DNA from: Thermoplasmata archaeon UBA61
GTDB lineage: Archaea; Thermoplasmatota; Thermoplasmata; Lutacidiplasmatales; UBA184
Reading direction: 5' to 3'
Assembly: GCA_002503985.1 (NCBI GenBank)
Contig: DASW01000001.1
Location: 10,508 to 74,507 of the forward strand
Length of the DNA stretch: 64,000 nucleotides
Shown here: in pieces, positions 29,424-42,015 of the stretch
How the letters are laid out: every line of letters starts with the position of its first letter
How positions within the stretch are numbered: the stretch's first letter is position 1
Position numbers and translations under genes: made by a program
The notes under the pieces: generated by a model
The model's database searches: none
Told to the model about the DNA's origin: nothing
What the model saw: the letters and a program-made list of their open reading frames with translations, nothing else

Positions 29424-29987
29424 CTACGAGGACGGGGTCGTCGGAGCGTCGTCGCCTTTCCCCTTCGACCCTCGGCGGCGCCTCGGCTTATGCTCGGTGG
29501 CCTCGGGCGGGGGAGCGCTTTCGGTCGGGGGTGGCGGGGGTGGGAAGTTAGTCATCTCAGGAGGCGTTGGGGGCGCTTCGGCGGGTGGGGGCGGAAGCGG
29601 AACGGGAGCGGGCGGCTGCGGCGGAGCCATCTCTGGCGGCGGGGGAGGAGGTGGGGTCGGAGCCTGCACGGGTGCTACCGCGGGGGGAGGAGCCGGTGTC
29701 GCCACGGGCGCGATGTGGCCGGGATGATGCGCTGCAGGGGGCGACGGGCGGGGTGTGATCGGAGTGAACTCACCCGGCTTCCAGGTGTGTGGCATCCTCA
29801 GGACCGACGGGTCCTTCAGGAACAGGTCGGCGTGGCCGCAGGACCGACAGATCCGGGTTCCAAGCGAGAGCTCCCCCCGGGCGCGCAGAGAGAGCGACCC
29901 TCCGCCCAGTCCGCCCGTCTTAAGGTCGTTCGCCCACACGAAGTCGGAGGCGCCGCAGTTACTGCAAATGGGAGCCAATGGAGCCAC
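29424..29987 (-). CDS. Zn-ribbon protein with long Pro-rich tail and basic C-terminal patch
   Basis: CSNCG...CRSCG, polyproline runs, KPRRRRGSKGK. Confidence 0.72.
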   Translation of the reverse strand: MAPLAPICSNCGASDFVWANDLKTGGLGGGSLSLRARGELSLGTRICRSCGHADLFLKDPSVLRMPHTWKPGEFTPITPRPSPPAAHHPGHIAPVATPAPPPAVAPVQAPTPPPPPPPEMAPPQPPAPVPLPPPPAEAPPTPPEMTNFPPPPPPTESAPPPEATEHKPRRRRGSKGKGDDAPTTPSS

Positions 29988-30112
29988 CTTGCGCTCGGCT
30001 TCAGGCGGCCTACCCGTAAAAACGGTTGCGTAGCCCCCCAGGGCGCGGAACGGGGCGACGGGAGCCTGTCTCCCGGAAGTTCCAAGTACCTTTCCGCCCG
30101 TCCCGGGGCGGT

Positions 30113-30583
30113 ATGCCGTCGTCGCGGTTCGCTAGAATCATGGTCGCGGTCGACGGCTCGCCCAACTCCCAGGACGCGCTCGCGGAGGCGATCGACCTCG
30201 CGAAACAGTACGGTAGCGAGTTGACGATCCTGAGCATCGCCCCCCTCGTCCCGCTCTACCTGCCGTCCACGACCCCTTACGCGTCGCCCCCGATCTCCGA
30301 GAGCCAGGTCACGCGCTACCAGGCGCTCATCGACCTGGCCGTCAAGCAAGCCCAGGAGGACGGGGTCAAGGCCGTCACCGGTCTGTGCGAGGAAGGAGTG
30401 GTCGTCGACGAGATCCTTTCGTTCCTGGACACCAACCCTACCGACCTGGTCGTGGTTGGGTCCCGCGGGTTGTCCGCGACCAAGCGGCTCTTGATCGGGA
30501 GTATCTCGTCCGCGCTCGTGGCACACGCACCGTGCCCGGTGCTCGTCGTGCGCGCCCGACCGTCTACGAAGCCCGCTCGGTGA
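30113..30583 (+). CDS. Universal stress protein
   Basis: IMVAVDGS, VVGSRG..LIGSIS..APCPVLVV. Confidence 0.93.
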   Translation: MPSSRFARIMVAVDGSPNSQDALAEAIDLAKQYGSELTILSIAPLVPLYLPSTTPYASPPISESQVTRYQALIDLAVKQAQEDGVKAVTGLCEEGVVVDEILSFLDTNPTDLVVVGSRGLSATKRLLIGSISSALVAHAPCPVLVVRARPSTKPAR

Positions 30584-31070
30584 TGCTGACGCGGGTCGGC
30601 ACGGGCAGCTTGTGCGATGCCTTTCGGAGCGCTTCCTTGGCGGCGTCCAGGTGCGCCTTGGTCGTGTACACCGTGAGGAGCTCCGAGCCGATCTCCGCGC
30701 GCACCGCGTGACCGACGGGCTTGCCGAATGCGCCCCGCATCCCAGCCGAGATACGGTCGGCGCCGGCCCCCATCGCCATCTTGTGCTCGCGCAGGATCTG
30801 GTGGGGGAAGCGACGGACCTTGAGGTGGAACTCGTTCGGCGCGGCCTTCTCCATGACCCGGACCGCGCTGATGCGCGCCGCCTCGAGGGCGATGTCCCGG
30901 ACCTGAGCCGCTTCCTCGGTCCCGAGCGACAAACTGAACGGGAACTGGGTCCGAAGGTTACCCGTGTCGAACTGGGTGATCCGGCACGTCGGGATACCGC
31001 CCATGTACTCCTGGCGGGTGTAGACCTGCCCCTCGACCTTCCGGTACATGCGAGCAGGCTTTCGCGTCAT
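30564..31070 (-). CDS. rpl10e: 50S ribosomal protein L10e (uL16)
   Basis: RKPARMY, ALEAARI, LREHKMA.GAGADR..GMR.AFGKP. Confidence 0.96.
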   Translation of the reverse strand: MTRKPARMYRKVEGQVYTRQEYMGGIPTCRITQFDTGNLRTQFPFSLSLGTEEAAQVRDIALEAARISAVRVMEKAAPNEFHLKVRRFPHQILREHKMAMGAGADRISAGMRGAFGKPVGHAVRAEIGSELLTVYTTKAHLDAAKEALRKASHKLPVPTRVSITERAS

Positions 31071-31144
31071 GGGAGCCGCCGAGACAGGCCTTCCACTAAA
31101 AGGCTTGCGGAGCGCGCGCTCCGCTGCGTTCTCGAGAGAAGAGC

Positions 31145-32053
31145 CTACTCCGCACGGGCGCGAACGACCCGGGCGCCCTTCGACGACGCGTGGATCTCGA
31201 CCGCTCGGACCCCCGAGCGCCGGAGCCACTCGAGGCAGGCCGCTCTCGACCGGGCCGAAGGGGGCATGGCGAAGAAGGCCTGACCGAACATTGCCTGGCA
31301 CGCAAGGGCGCCCTGACGTCGCAGGGCTGTGACGGTTCGGGTGACGACGGACGAGGAGAGACCGGCGAGGTCGGTGAACCGCTCGCTAAGCCGGAAGAGC
31401 CGCTCGGGGGTGGGATGGGCACCGAGCTCCTCGAAGTCGCGAGCGGCCCGAGTGATCCGTCTGAGCGCGGCGGGGTCATGGAGCACGGACGGGGAGGGGA
31501 TGGGCCGACCTACGACCCCAACGAGGAGCGCGGGACGGAAGGGTCTATGGATGACCCGACCGAGGGGCGGGACGCCGGCCCGGGTGCGGACCTCGAGGCC
31601 GCCCCCCAAGATCGCGGCGACGCCCCCGAGACCGCCTCCGCCGAAGAGGTCCGCGAGATGCGCGACCTCGACCGCGTGGGCCGTGGGGCGAGCCGAGAGG
31701 GCACCGACCGCGAGGGCGGTCGCGAGCGCACCGGCGGCGCTCATTCCGAACCCCTGTCCGACCGGGAGTTCGTGCGTCAGGCGGACGGTGAGGGTTCCCG
31801 GTTCTTCGGGAGTCATGCGGCGGGCCACGTCCTCGGAAATGGGCCACGGACCTCGCCCGTCGGCGACCACCCGAATGCGGGAACGGGGCCCCGGGGAGAA
31901 CCGAGCCTCCGCCCACGCCCCGAGCTCGAGAACGATACCCGCCCCCACCGACCCGCGGCCGCGCGGGTCGCGGTGCGTGACCTCGGGTCGGAAGATCCCG
32001 GTGACGTGGCCGGGAGCGAACGCACGGGTCGAGCGGGCTAGAGAGACGGTCAT
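31145..32053 (-). CDS. Pantoate kinase (GHMP family)
   Basis: AFAPGHVTG.F, GSVGAG, LPVGQGFGMSAA, GLG. Confidence 0.85.
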   Translation of the reverse strand: MTVSLARSTRAFAPGHVTGIFRPEVTHRDPRGRGSVGAGIVLELGAWAEARFSPGPRSRIRVVADGRGPWPISEDVARRMTPEEPGTLTVRLTHELPVGQGFGMSAAGALATALAVGALSARPTAHAVEVAHLADLFGGGGLGGVAAILGGGLEVRTRAGVPPLGRVIHRPFRPALLVGVVGRPIPSPSVLHDPAALRRITRAARDFEELGAHPTPERLFRLSERFTDLAGLSSSVVTRTVTALRRQGALACQAMFGQAFFAMPPSARSRAACLEWLRRSGVRAVEIHASSKGARVVRARAE

Positions 32054-32147
32054 CGTCCTCGCCCTGGCGTTTTAGTCACGCGTAGTTATAAGCGGAGTTG
32101 CTTCTATTGATGGGAGACGCGCCCACGGTAGGTCAGAACTCGCAACC

Positions 32148-33353
32148 ATGAGCGAACCCGAAGCACCCGCGGCCCCGCACGACACGCTCGACCGGCTCAG
32201 CTTCCTCGAGCTGAGGAACACCCAGCTCGCCGAGGCGATCAAGCGCGTCGAGAGCGAGCGCCACTACATGGAGGCGGAGATCCTTCGGCTCCAGCGTGAA
32301 GTGAAGCGGCTCAAGACCGAGCTCGACCGCCTGCGCTACCCGCCCCTCATCGTCGGCAGCGTCCGAGACGTGCTGACGGACGGTCGCGTGATCGTGAAGT
32401 CGTCCACGGGCCCGGATTTCGTCGTGAACTCCGCCGAGACGGTGGAGCACGGGAAGATCACGGTGGGGAGCCGCGTCGCGCTCAACAAGCAGACCCTGGC
32501 CGTGATGGGCATCCTACCGGCGTCGCTCGACCCGCTCGTGACCGCGAGCGAGATCGTCGACAAGCCGCCCGTGACGTACGAGGACATCGGGGGCCTTACC
32601 GAGCAAATCCGGGAGATCCGCGAGGCGGTCGAGTTTCCGCTCCTGCGCGCCGAGCTGTACAAGAAGGTCGGTGTGGACCCCCCGAAGGGTGTGCTGCTGA
32701 TCGGCTCTCCCGGAACCGGGAAGACGATGATCGCGAAGGCGGTCGCGCACCACACGAACGCGACGTTCGTGCGCCTCGTGGGGAGCGAGCTCGTCCAGAA
32801 GTACATCGGCGAGGGGGCCCGGCTGGTCCGCGAGCTCTTCGAGCTCGCCCGCCTGAAGGCGCCCACCATCATCTTCATCGACGAGGTCGACTCGATCGGC
32901 GCGAAGCGGCTCGAGGTCGCGACGAGCGGCGACCGCGAGGTCCAGCGGACGCTGATGCAGCTGCTCGCCGAGATGGACGGCTTCGAGCCGCTCGCGAACG
33001 TCAAGATCATCGCGGCGACCAACCGCCCCGACATCCTGGACGACGCGCTCCTGCGCCCCGGACGGTTCGACCGGATCATCGAGATCCCGGTCCCGACCTA
33101 CGGCGGACGCGCGGAGATCTTCAAGATCCACACCCGCGGAATGGCCCTCCACGAGCCGATCGACTTCGAGGCGCTCGCGAACCGATGCGAGGGCGCGACC
33201 GGCGCGGACATCCGCGCCATCTGCACCGAGGCCGGCATGTGGGCGATCCGCGAGGAGCGGGACAGCGTGACGACGGCGGACTTCGACCGCGCGATCGAGA
33301 AGGTCGTCGGCGAGGAAGAGCTCCGCAAAGAGTCCGTCACGATGTTCGCGTGA
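32148..33353 (+). CDS. pan: Proteasome-activating nucleotidase
   Basis: N-terminal coiled coil, OB domain KSSTGP, GSPGTGKT, IDEVD, SRH ATNRPDILD..LRPGRFDR, C-terminal MFA. Confidence 0.95.
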   Translation: MSEPEAPAAPHDTLDRLSFLELRNTQLAEAIKRVESERHYMEAEILRLQREVKRLKTELDRLRYPPLIVGSVRDVLTDGRVIVKSSTGPDFVVNSAETVEHGKITVGSRVALNKQTLAVMGILPASLDPLVTASEIVDKPPVTYEDIGGLTEQIREIREAVEFPLLRAELYKKVGVDPPKGVLLIGSPGTGKTMIAKAVAHHTNATFVRLVGSELVQKYIGEGARLVRELFELARLKAPTIIFIDEVDSIGAKRLEVATSGDREVQRTLMQLLAEMDGFEPLANVKIIAATNRPDILDDALLRPGRFDRIIEIPVPTYGGRAEIFKIHTRGMALHEPIDFEALANRCEGATGADIRAICTEAGMWAIREERDSVTTADFDRAIEKVVGEEELRKESVTMFA

Positions 33354-33404
33354 TCGGCCGTCCCTGACCCGGCGCCCTCGCGCGCCGCGCGTTCCGAGGG
33401 CGGG

Positions 33405-34336
33405 TCATCCCTCGACGGTGAACCGGCCGATCAGCCGCGGCCCGGTGGGGACCGAGAGGTCGACCAGGTACGCTGGCAGGCCCTTCATCCGGACGACGGA
33501 GCGGTCGGGGGTCACGCGCACCGCGCCCGAGCCGAGCTCGCCGACCTCCGCGGGGACCACCTGGAGCCCGTGGGAGAGCTGGACGGACGCGCCGGCCGCA
33601 GCGTCGCCGCGGTAGTATCGGCACTTCTGGAACGGACCGTGAAGCTCGGTGACCGAGGCGAGCGACCCCTCCGGGGCGAGGACCTGGCCTCGGGAGAGCT
33701 CGTCGGCGTCCACTCCCTTGAGGGCGATCCCGACGCGCTCCCCGCACTCGGCCTCGTGCCGGTCGATGTCGTGGACCTGGATCGAGCGGATGTCGAGGAC
33801 CTTGTCGGTGGGCCAGAGGCGAAGCCGGTCGTGGGCATGCAGCGTGCCTCGACGCACGACCCCGAGGGCGACCGCGCCCACCCCTTTCACGGGGAAGGCA
33901 TGGTCGATTGGGACCATCACCGGCCCTTCGGCCAGCGGGGCTTTCCAACCATCGATGAGGTCCCGCAGCTTCGGGAGGTCGAACGGAACCTTCGGGGCTG
34001 CCTCGAGCCGACCGCCCTTCAAGGCGCGGGCGAGCTCCGCCTCTCCCACGGCGGGGCCGAGGACGACCGTCGTGGGGGCCTCCGCAAGCTCGACGGTGGC
34101 GATCGTCTCCGCGACCGACCGCGTGAGCTCACTCACGACGAGCAGGCATCGGTCGGCCATCGAGAGCGCGGTCAGGAGGGGGGAGAACTTCTCGGGGAAC
34201 TGGGTCGGTTCGACCAGGGTGGTCGCGTGCCCCTCGGTGACGGAGTTGAACAGGGTAAGGTCCGACTCGGTCCCCTTCTTGCCGAGCTCCTTCGCGACGT
34301 TGGGCGCCCCGACGATCGCGACGGTGACGCCGGTCG

Positions 34337-34340
<4 letters not shown>
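33405..34340 (-). CDS. Archaeal SelB-like (EF-Tu domain II) protein with degenerate G domain
   Basis: [40 protein letters not shown]; no GxxxxGKT P-loop. Confidence 0.85.
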
Positions 34341-36946
<2,606 letters not shown>

Positions 36947-37001
36947 GGGCTTCCGAGCATCCGAGCGAGGCGATTTAAGGCCACCACCTGTCCCTCGTCC
37001 C

Positions 37002-37934
37002 GTGGCCGAGCTCGCGGTCCGCTGCGCCGGAGTGAACCTCCGCAACCCGTTCCTTCTCGCGTCGGGCGTCTGGGGAGAGAGCGGAGAGTCGCTCGCGGGG
37101 GCTTGGAGCGCCGGGGCCGGCGGGGTCATCACGAAGTCGATCGGCTCCGTTCCACGCCCGGGGTATCCGAACCCCACCATCGAGGCGTACGAGCGTTGGG
37201 GCTTGCTCAACGCGATGGGGCTTCCGAACCCGGGGATCGACGAGTACCCGCGCGAGATCGAGATCGCCCGCCGGGCGGGGGCGACCGTCATCGGCTCCAT
37301 CTTCGCCGGGGACCCGGAGGAGTTCGCACGGCTCGCCGTCCGGATGGCCGCCACGGGGGTGGTCGCGCTCGAGCTCAACCTGAGCTGTCCCCACGCGGAG
37401 GGATTCGGGACCGAGGTCGGCGGGACCCCCGAGAACGTGGAGAAGGTCGTCCGAGCGGTCACGAAGGCCGTCACGATCCCCGTCATCGCGAAGATCACCC
37501 CGAACACGGGGGACGCGGCGGGCCTCGCCCTCGCGGCCCAGCGGGGGGGCGCTTCCGCGGTCAGCGCGATCAACACCCTGCGCGCGCTCGCGATCGACGT
37601 TCACCTTCGTCGTCCCGTCCTCTCGCACGGCCTCGGCGGCCTGAGCGGGCCCGCCATCAAGCCCGTGGGGCTCGCCTGCGTCTGGCAGATCTTCGAGAAG
37701 GTCACGATCCCGGTGATCGGGGTCGGGGGCATCGCCTCCGCGCAGGATGCCCTCGAGTACGTGATGGCCGGTGCCCGCGCGCTCGAGGTCGGGACCCAGG
37801 TGACCTTTGACGGGATCGGCGTGTTCGGGCGCTTGGCCACGGACCTCTCCCGCCTCCTGGATGAACTGGGGTTCGCCCGCCTCGAGGATGCGGTCGGGGT
37901 CGCGCACCGTGCGAGTTCGGTCCCTCCCGAGTAG
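37002..37934 (+). CDS. pyrD: Dihydroorotate dehydrogenase class 1B catalytic subunit
   Basis: [39 protein letters not shown]. Confidence 0.95.
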   Translation: MAELAVRCAGVNLRNPFLLASGVWGESGESLAGAWSAGAGGVITKSIGSVPRPGYPNPTIEAYERWGLLNAMGLPNPGIDEYPREIEIARRAGATVIGSIFAGDPEEFARLAVRMAATGVVALELNLSCPHAEGFGTEVGGTPENVEKVVRAVTKAVTIPVIAKITPNTGDAAGLALAAQRGGASAVSAINTLRALAIDVHLRRPVLSHGLGGLSGPAIKPVGLACVWQIFEKVTIPVIGVGGIASAQDALEYVMAGARALEVGTQVTFDGIGVFGRLATDLSRLLDELGFARLEDAVGVAHRASSVPPE

Positions 37935-37992
37935 AGCCGCCGTCCCCTCCGCCGTCCCAGTCGCTATATCGCCGGCCCGCTAGGCGGACGTC

Positions 37993-38769
37993 GTGCGCAC
38001 GGTCGTGGCGGTGACGGAGCGGGTCGCCGAGACCCCCTCGACGGTCACCCTGCGCTTTCCGTATCCCACGGCCGCCGTCCCCGGACAGTTCGTCATGCTC
38101 TGGGTGCCGGGCGACGACGAGCTTCCGATGTCCCTCTCCTACACGGACGGACCCTCGAAAGGGGTCACGGTCAAGGCGATGGGCGGGACGAGTCGGCGGG
38201 TCCAATCGATCCGCCCGGGCGACCGGGTCGGTATCCGGGGACCCTACGGGAACCACTTCGACCTATCCCCGAAGCGGGTCCTGATCGTGAGCGGTGGTTC
38301 GGGAGCCGCAGCGCTAGCGCCCGCCGCCGGACGGTCCATCGCGGCCGGGAGCTCCGTAACGGTGGCGCTCGGGGCCACCCGGGCACCCGAGCTATTGTTC
38401 AAGGAACGGTTCCGCGCGATGGGGGCCCACGTCGAGGTCGCCACCGACGACGGGTCGGAGGGCGCGAAAGGGTTCGTCACCGCGGTCGCCGATCGGCTCC
38501 TCCAATCCGAATCGTTCGACGCGGTCTGGACGTGCGGTCCCGAGGTGATGATGAAGAAGGTGATCGCCGCGGCGGCCCCTCGCTCGGTCCCGGTCTTCTG
38601 CTCCCTGGAGCGGCACATGAAGTGCGCGCTGGGGATGTGCGATGCCTGCGCGATCGGCCCGTACCACGTCTGCGTGGACGGCCCCGTGTTCCCCGCCCCC
38701 CGTCTCGAGAACCTGAGCGATTTCGGCACGTTCCACCGGGATTCCTCGGGGCGACGCGTCCCGCTGTGA
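37993..38769 (+). CDS. pyrK: Dihydroorotate dehydrogenase electron transfer subunit
   Basis: PGQFVM, RGPYG, CGPE, CALGMCDAC..VCVDGPVF. Confidence 0.94.
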   Translation: MRTVVAVTERVAETPSTVTLRFPYPTAAVPGQFVMLWVPGDDELPMSLSYTDGPSKGVTVKAMGGTSRRVQSIRPGDRVGIRGPYGNHFDLSPKRVLIVSGGSGAAALAPAAGRSIAAGSSVTVALGATRAPELLFKERFRAMGAHVEVATDDGSEGAKGFVTAVADRLLQSESFDAVWTCGPEVMMKKVIAAAAPRSVPVFCSLERHMKCALGMCDACAIGPYHVCVDGPVFPAPRLENLSDFGTFHRDSSGRRVPL

Positions 38770-38836
38770 CCCGCCCCGACGGCGATGGGACGGTTCGCCA
38801 CCCATTGGCGCTCAAGGCCGGTCCGGCTTTGGGACC

Positions 38837-40063
38837 TCAATCGGGTGCGGACCCATTGGGTGGCGTTCCCGAAGAAATCGCCTCCCTTCCCGTCCGCTCC
38901 ACCCGTGCCCAACGGTCGTTGCCCGTTGGGTAGAGGGGTCTCACCACATCATCGAGAAGGGCGTCGGGGTCAAGTCGAAGACCCCCAAGCCCCGCGGTTC
39001 GTCGCAGGGCAGTTACTCCCAGGTTCAATCCTGCGTTCAGCTGCCGGTCGAGTGACCAGCCACACTTCGCGCAGTCGAATCGGGTTCCCACCCTTCTTCG
39101 GTGTTCCGACACTTCACCACATCTCGGGCAGGTACGTGACGTGCGATAGGGACTGAGCCAGAGGACCGGGACCCCCCGATCCTGCGCCTTGTAAGCCAGT
39201 TGACGGTGGAGCTCGGACCGGGGCCAGGAAGAGAGGCGGCGCCGCAGCACGCGCGAGCGGGGAACCGAGTGACTTCTCGAACCCCCGACCCTCCGACGGG
39301 GTCCCGACATGCCGGTGAGGTCCTCGAGGGCGAGAGCGGAGTGGTCGGTCGCCAACCGGTCGATGATCGAGCGAGTGATATTGTGGAGCTGGGAGCGGAC
39401 TCGGTGCCTCTCCCGCCACCCTTCCCGACTCAGCAAGAGCCGAGAGACGCGTCGGTCGTGGGCCTTCTTTCGACCGAGATACCGTCGACGCCCGAAGTGT
39501 CGGGCTTGGATCTCGCGGACCTCCGGGAAGAGCACTCGAACGAAGGTGGCCCCTTCCGAGGTCACCCGGACACCGTCCAGTGAGCTTTCATTGGTATCGA
39601 GCGCGACGAGGGAAGTAGGAGCGTACGGCTCCTCCGGAGTCTTGGCGTAGATGACGACGACTCGGTGTAGACCGATGTGCACCTGGGTCACTCGATGGTC
39701 GAGTTGAGACAACACTTGGCGATGGTAGTTGGAGACGGGAATCGTGAAGGAGGTCCACTCCCCCCGTCGAAGGGAGAGACGGAGTTTCCCGGTGTCGAGA
39801 TCGAAGTGAAAGCACTTCGCAGGAACCCGAACGAACGGAGTACGGACGTAAGGGGTTCGACGTGCGATACCCTGTCGAAGACGGCGCCGATGTCCGGCGG
39901 CCAAGGAGAGGGCGATCTGGGAGGCGGCAAGCCCGATCCCTCCCGTGACTCTCGTCTCCAAGGCTCGCATCCGCGCATACCGGGAGATACGTCGGTGGGA
40001 CGTAACGCCAGCAGTGAGCACTTCCCGCAAACATTCGTTCACCAGGAGACGAAAGTCCTCCAT
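38837..40063 (-). CDS. tnpB: TnpB RNA-guided endonuclease (start uncertain: ATG 40063, GTG 40210, or joined to the upstream ORF)
   Basis: RuvC-I VALDTNE, RuvC-II LALEDL, Zn finger TSRTCPRCG..CAKCG, RuvC-III DRQLNAGLNL. Confidence 0.92.
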   Translation of the reverse strand: MEDFRLLVNECLREVLTAGVTSHRRISRYARMRALETRVTGGIGLAASQIALSLAAGHRRRLRQGIARRTPYVRTPFVRVPAKCFHFDLDTGKLRLSLRRGEWTSFTIPVSNYHRQVLSQLDHRVTQVHIGLHRVVVIYAKTPEEPYAPTSLVALDTNESSLDGVRVTSEGATFVRVLFPEVREIQARHFGRRRYLGRKKAHDRRVSRLLLSREGWRERHRVRSQLHNITRSIIDRLATDHSALALEDLTGMSGPRRRVGGSRSHSVPRSRVLRRRLSSWPRSELHRQLAYKAQDRGVPVLWLSPYRTSRTCPRCGEVSEHRRRVGTRFDCAKCGWSLDRQLNAGLNLGVTALRRTAGLGGLRLDPDALLDDVVRPLYPTGNDRWARVERTGREAISSGTPPNGSAPD

Positions 40064-40281
40064 CAGCCGTCGGACCGGCGTGGGAATGGCTCCTGGCTCA
40101 TCTCGAACTGTCGGGAAATGGTCGATGCGAGGCACATGAGCGATCGAGCACGGAAGGTTCGTCGGCAATGGGAACACGAGAGACCGGCGTGGGTGCACGA
40201 TGGGTCGCACCGGCCGTAAACTGGATGCTCCTTTCGCACCCGATGGAACGTGAACGATGGAGGCGAGGGCGGGCGGGACAC
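40063..40281 (-). CDS. Small Cys/His-rich ORF coupled to tnpB (or frameshifted tnpB N-terminus)
   Basis: GAGGAG 8 nt before GTG; CDPSCTHAGLSCSHC; stop overlaps the tnpB ATG (TGATG). Confidence 0.5.
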   Translation of the reverse strand: MSRPPSPPSFTFHRVRKEHPVYGRCDPSCTHAGLSCSHCRRTFRARSLMCLASTISRQFEMSQEPFPRRSDG

Positions 40282-40380
40282 TGGCTACACTCCTCTTGCG
40301 ACGGTCGACAGAAATCCCAAAGCAGCCCGGTCCACAGGCTTTAAGCGAAGGGTCCGCTACACGGGCCGGTCGGGGGTTCT

Positions 40381-42015
40381 GTGAAGGTAATCGTCGTGAG
40401 CGGCGGAGTGATTTCGGGTCTCGGGAAGGGGATCACGACCTCCTCGCTCGGCCGCCTCCTCAAGGCCCGCGGCATCTCCGTCACGATCGTCAAGATCGAC
40501 CCCTACCTCAACGTGGACGCGGGCACGATGAACCCGTACCAGCACGGCGAGGTCTTCGTGCTGGACGACGGCACCGAGGCCGACCTCGACCTCGGCAACT
40601 ACGAGCGGTTCCTGGGCCAGAACATGGCGGGGACCCACAACCTCACCACGGGCAAGATCTACCGCTCGGTGATCGAGAAGGAGCGGCGGGGCGACTACCT
40701 CGGCAACACGGTCCAGATCATCCCGCACGTGACGGGAGAGATCAAACGATCGATTCGGGAGGTGGCGCAGGCCACGGGCGCCGAGGTCGTCCTGGTCGAG
40801 GTCGGAGGCACCGTCGGTGACATCGAGTCGATGCCGTTCCTCGAGGCGTTGCGCGAGCTCTCCTACGAGCTCGGCGAGGGCCACATGGCGTTCGTCCACA
40901 CGACCCTGGTCCCCGTGGTCGGGCCCGTCGGAGAACCGAAGACGAAGCCGACCCAGCACTCCGTCCGGGAGCTGCGGGCGATCGGGATCCGACCGAACGT
41001 CATCATCTGCCGGGGTCCCCTACCGATCACCTCCGACATCAAAGCGAAGATCTCGCTCTTCTGCGACGTCCCGCCCGACGCGGTGATCGCCGTGCCCGAC
41101 CAGCCCTCGATCTACGAGGTCCCTCTCGTGCTCGAAGCCCAGGGCGTCGGGACGCTCCTGACCCGCATCCTGGGCCTTCCCGAGCGCCCGCCGGACTACA
41201 CCACGTGGAAGGAGTTCCTCGCGACGTACCGTCGGTGCGACGGGTCAGTCGAGGTCGCGGTCGTCGGGAAGTACACGGAGCTCCGCGACGCCTACCTCTC
41301 GCACTCCGAGGCGTTCCATCACTGCCAGGGTTCGCTCGGTGTCGAGATCCGTCTCCAGTGGTACGACTCCGAGGACATCCCGAAGAATCCCTCCCTCTTG
41401 GCCCGTCTCCAGCGCTCGGACGCGATCATCGTGCCCGGGGGGTTCGGCTCGCGGGGCACGGAGGGCAAGATCAAGGCGGTCGAGGTGGCCCGGACCGGGA
41501 AGATCCCCTACCTGGGAATCTGCTACGGCTTCCAGCTCGCGGCCATCGAGGCCGCGCGCAACGTGCTCGGGCTCCCGAAGGCGAACACGACCGAGGTCGA
41601 CGCGACAACCCCGGACCCGGTCGTTTGCGTCCTCGAGGAGCAGAAGGGACTGCACGAACTCGGCGGCACGATGCGCCTCGGGGCTCAGCGGATCATCCTC
41701 ACCCCCGGCTCCAAGGTCGCCGGCCTCTACGGGAAGGGCGAGATCTGGGAGCGCCATCGGCATCGCTACGAGATCAACCCGAAGTACATCGAGCCCCTCG
41801 CGGCCCACGGCCTCGTGGTCGGCGGGATGAGCGTCGACGGGCGGGTCGAGGTCCTCGAGATGCCCAGCCATCCGTTCTTCGTCGGGGTCCAGTACCACCC
41901 CGAGTTCCTTTCCCGTCCCGAGGCGCCCCACCCGCTCTACATGGAGCTGGTCCGGGCCGCTATGGCTCGAAAGGAGGTCGCGTCCCCTGTCGCCGCCACG
42001 CCGGCTCTCGCGTGA
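40381..42015 (+). CDS. pyrG: CTP synthase
   Basis: GGVISGLGKG, DPYLNVDAGTM, KTKPTQHS, GICYG, RHRHRYE, QYHPE. Confidence 0.98.
   Translation: MKVIVVSGGVISGLGKGITTSSLGRLLKARGISVTIVKIDPYLNVDAGTMNPYQHGEVFVLDDGTEADLDLGNYERFLGQNMAGTHNLTTGKIYRSVIEKERRGDYLGNTVQIIPHVTGEIKRSIREVAQATGAEVVLVEVGGTVGDIESMPFLEALRELSYELGEGHMAFVHTTLVPVVGPVGEPKTKPTQHSVRELRAIGIRPNVIICRGPLPITSDIKAKISLFCDVPPDAVIAVPDQPSIYEVPLVLEAQGVGTLLTRILGLPERPPDYTTWKEFLATYRRCDGSVEVAVVGKYTELRDAYLSHSEAFHHCQGSLGVEIRLQWYDSEDIPKNPSLLARLQRSDAIIVPGGFGSRGTEGKIKAVEVARTGKIPYLGICYGFQLAAIEAARNVLGLPKANTTEVDATTPDPVVCVLEEQKGLHELGGTMRLGAQRIILTPGSKVAGLYGKGEIWERHRHRYEINPKYIEPLAAHGLVVGGMSVDGRVEVLEMPSHPFFVGVQYHPEFLSRPEAPHPLYMELVRAAMARKEVASPVAATPALA

Larger units (their letters stand above)
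38766..40300 (-). mobile_element. Non-autonomous IS200/IS605-family (tnpB-only, IS1341-like) element; ends approximate
   Basis: TnpB ORF between pyrK and pyrG with no Y1 tnpA; hairpins downstream of the ORF; candidate right end GGGGCGGGTCAC. Confidence 0.7.

Noticed and set aside
36947-37576. 210-aa N-terminal extension of ClpB in the ORF track
   Set aside because: It is the antisense of pyrD; ClpB homology starts at MRLERLT (36946).
38781-38800. GGCGATGG..GTTCGCCA resembles the 5' part of a fluoride riboswitch
   Set aside because: Spacing is wrong, the downstream GATGAC element is missing, and no fluoride-related gene follows.
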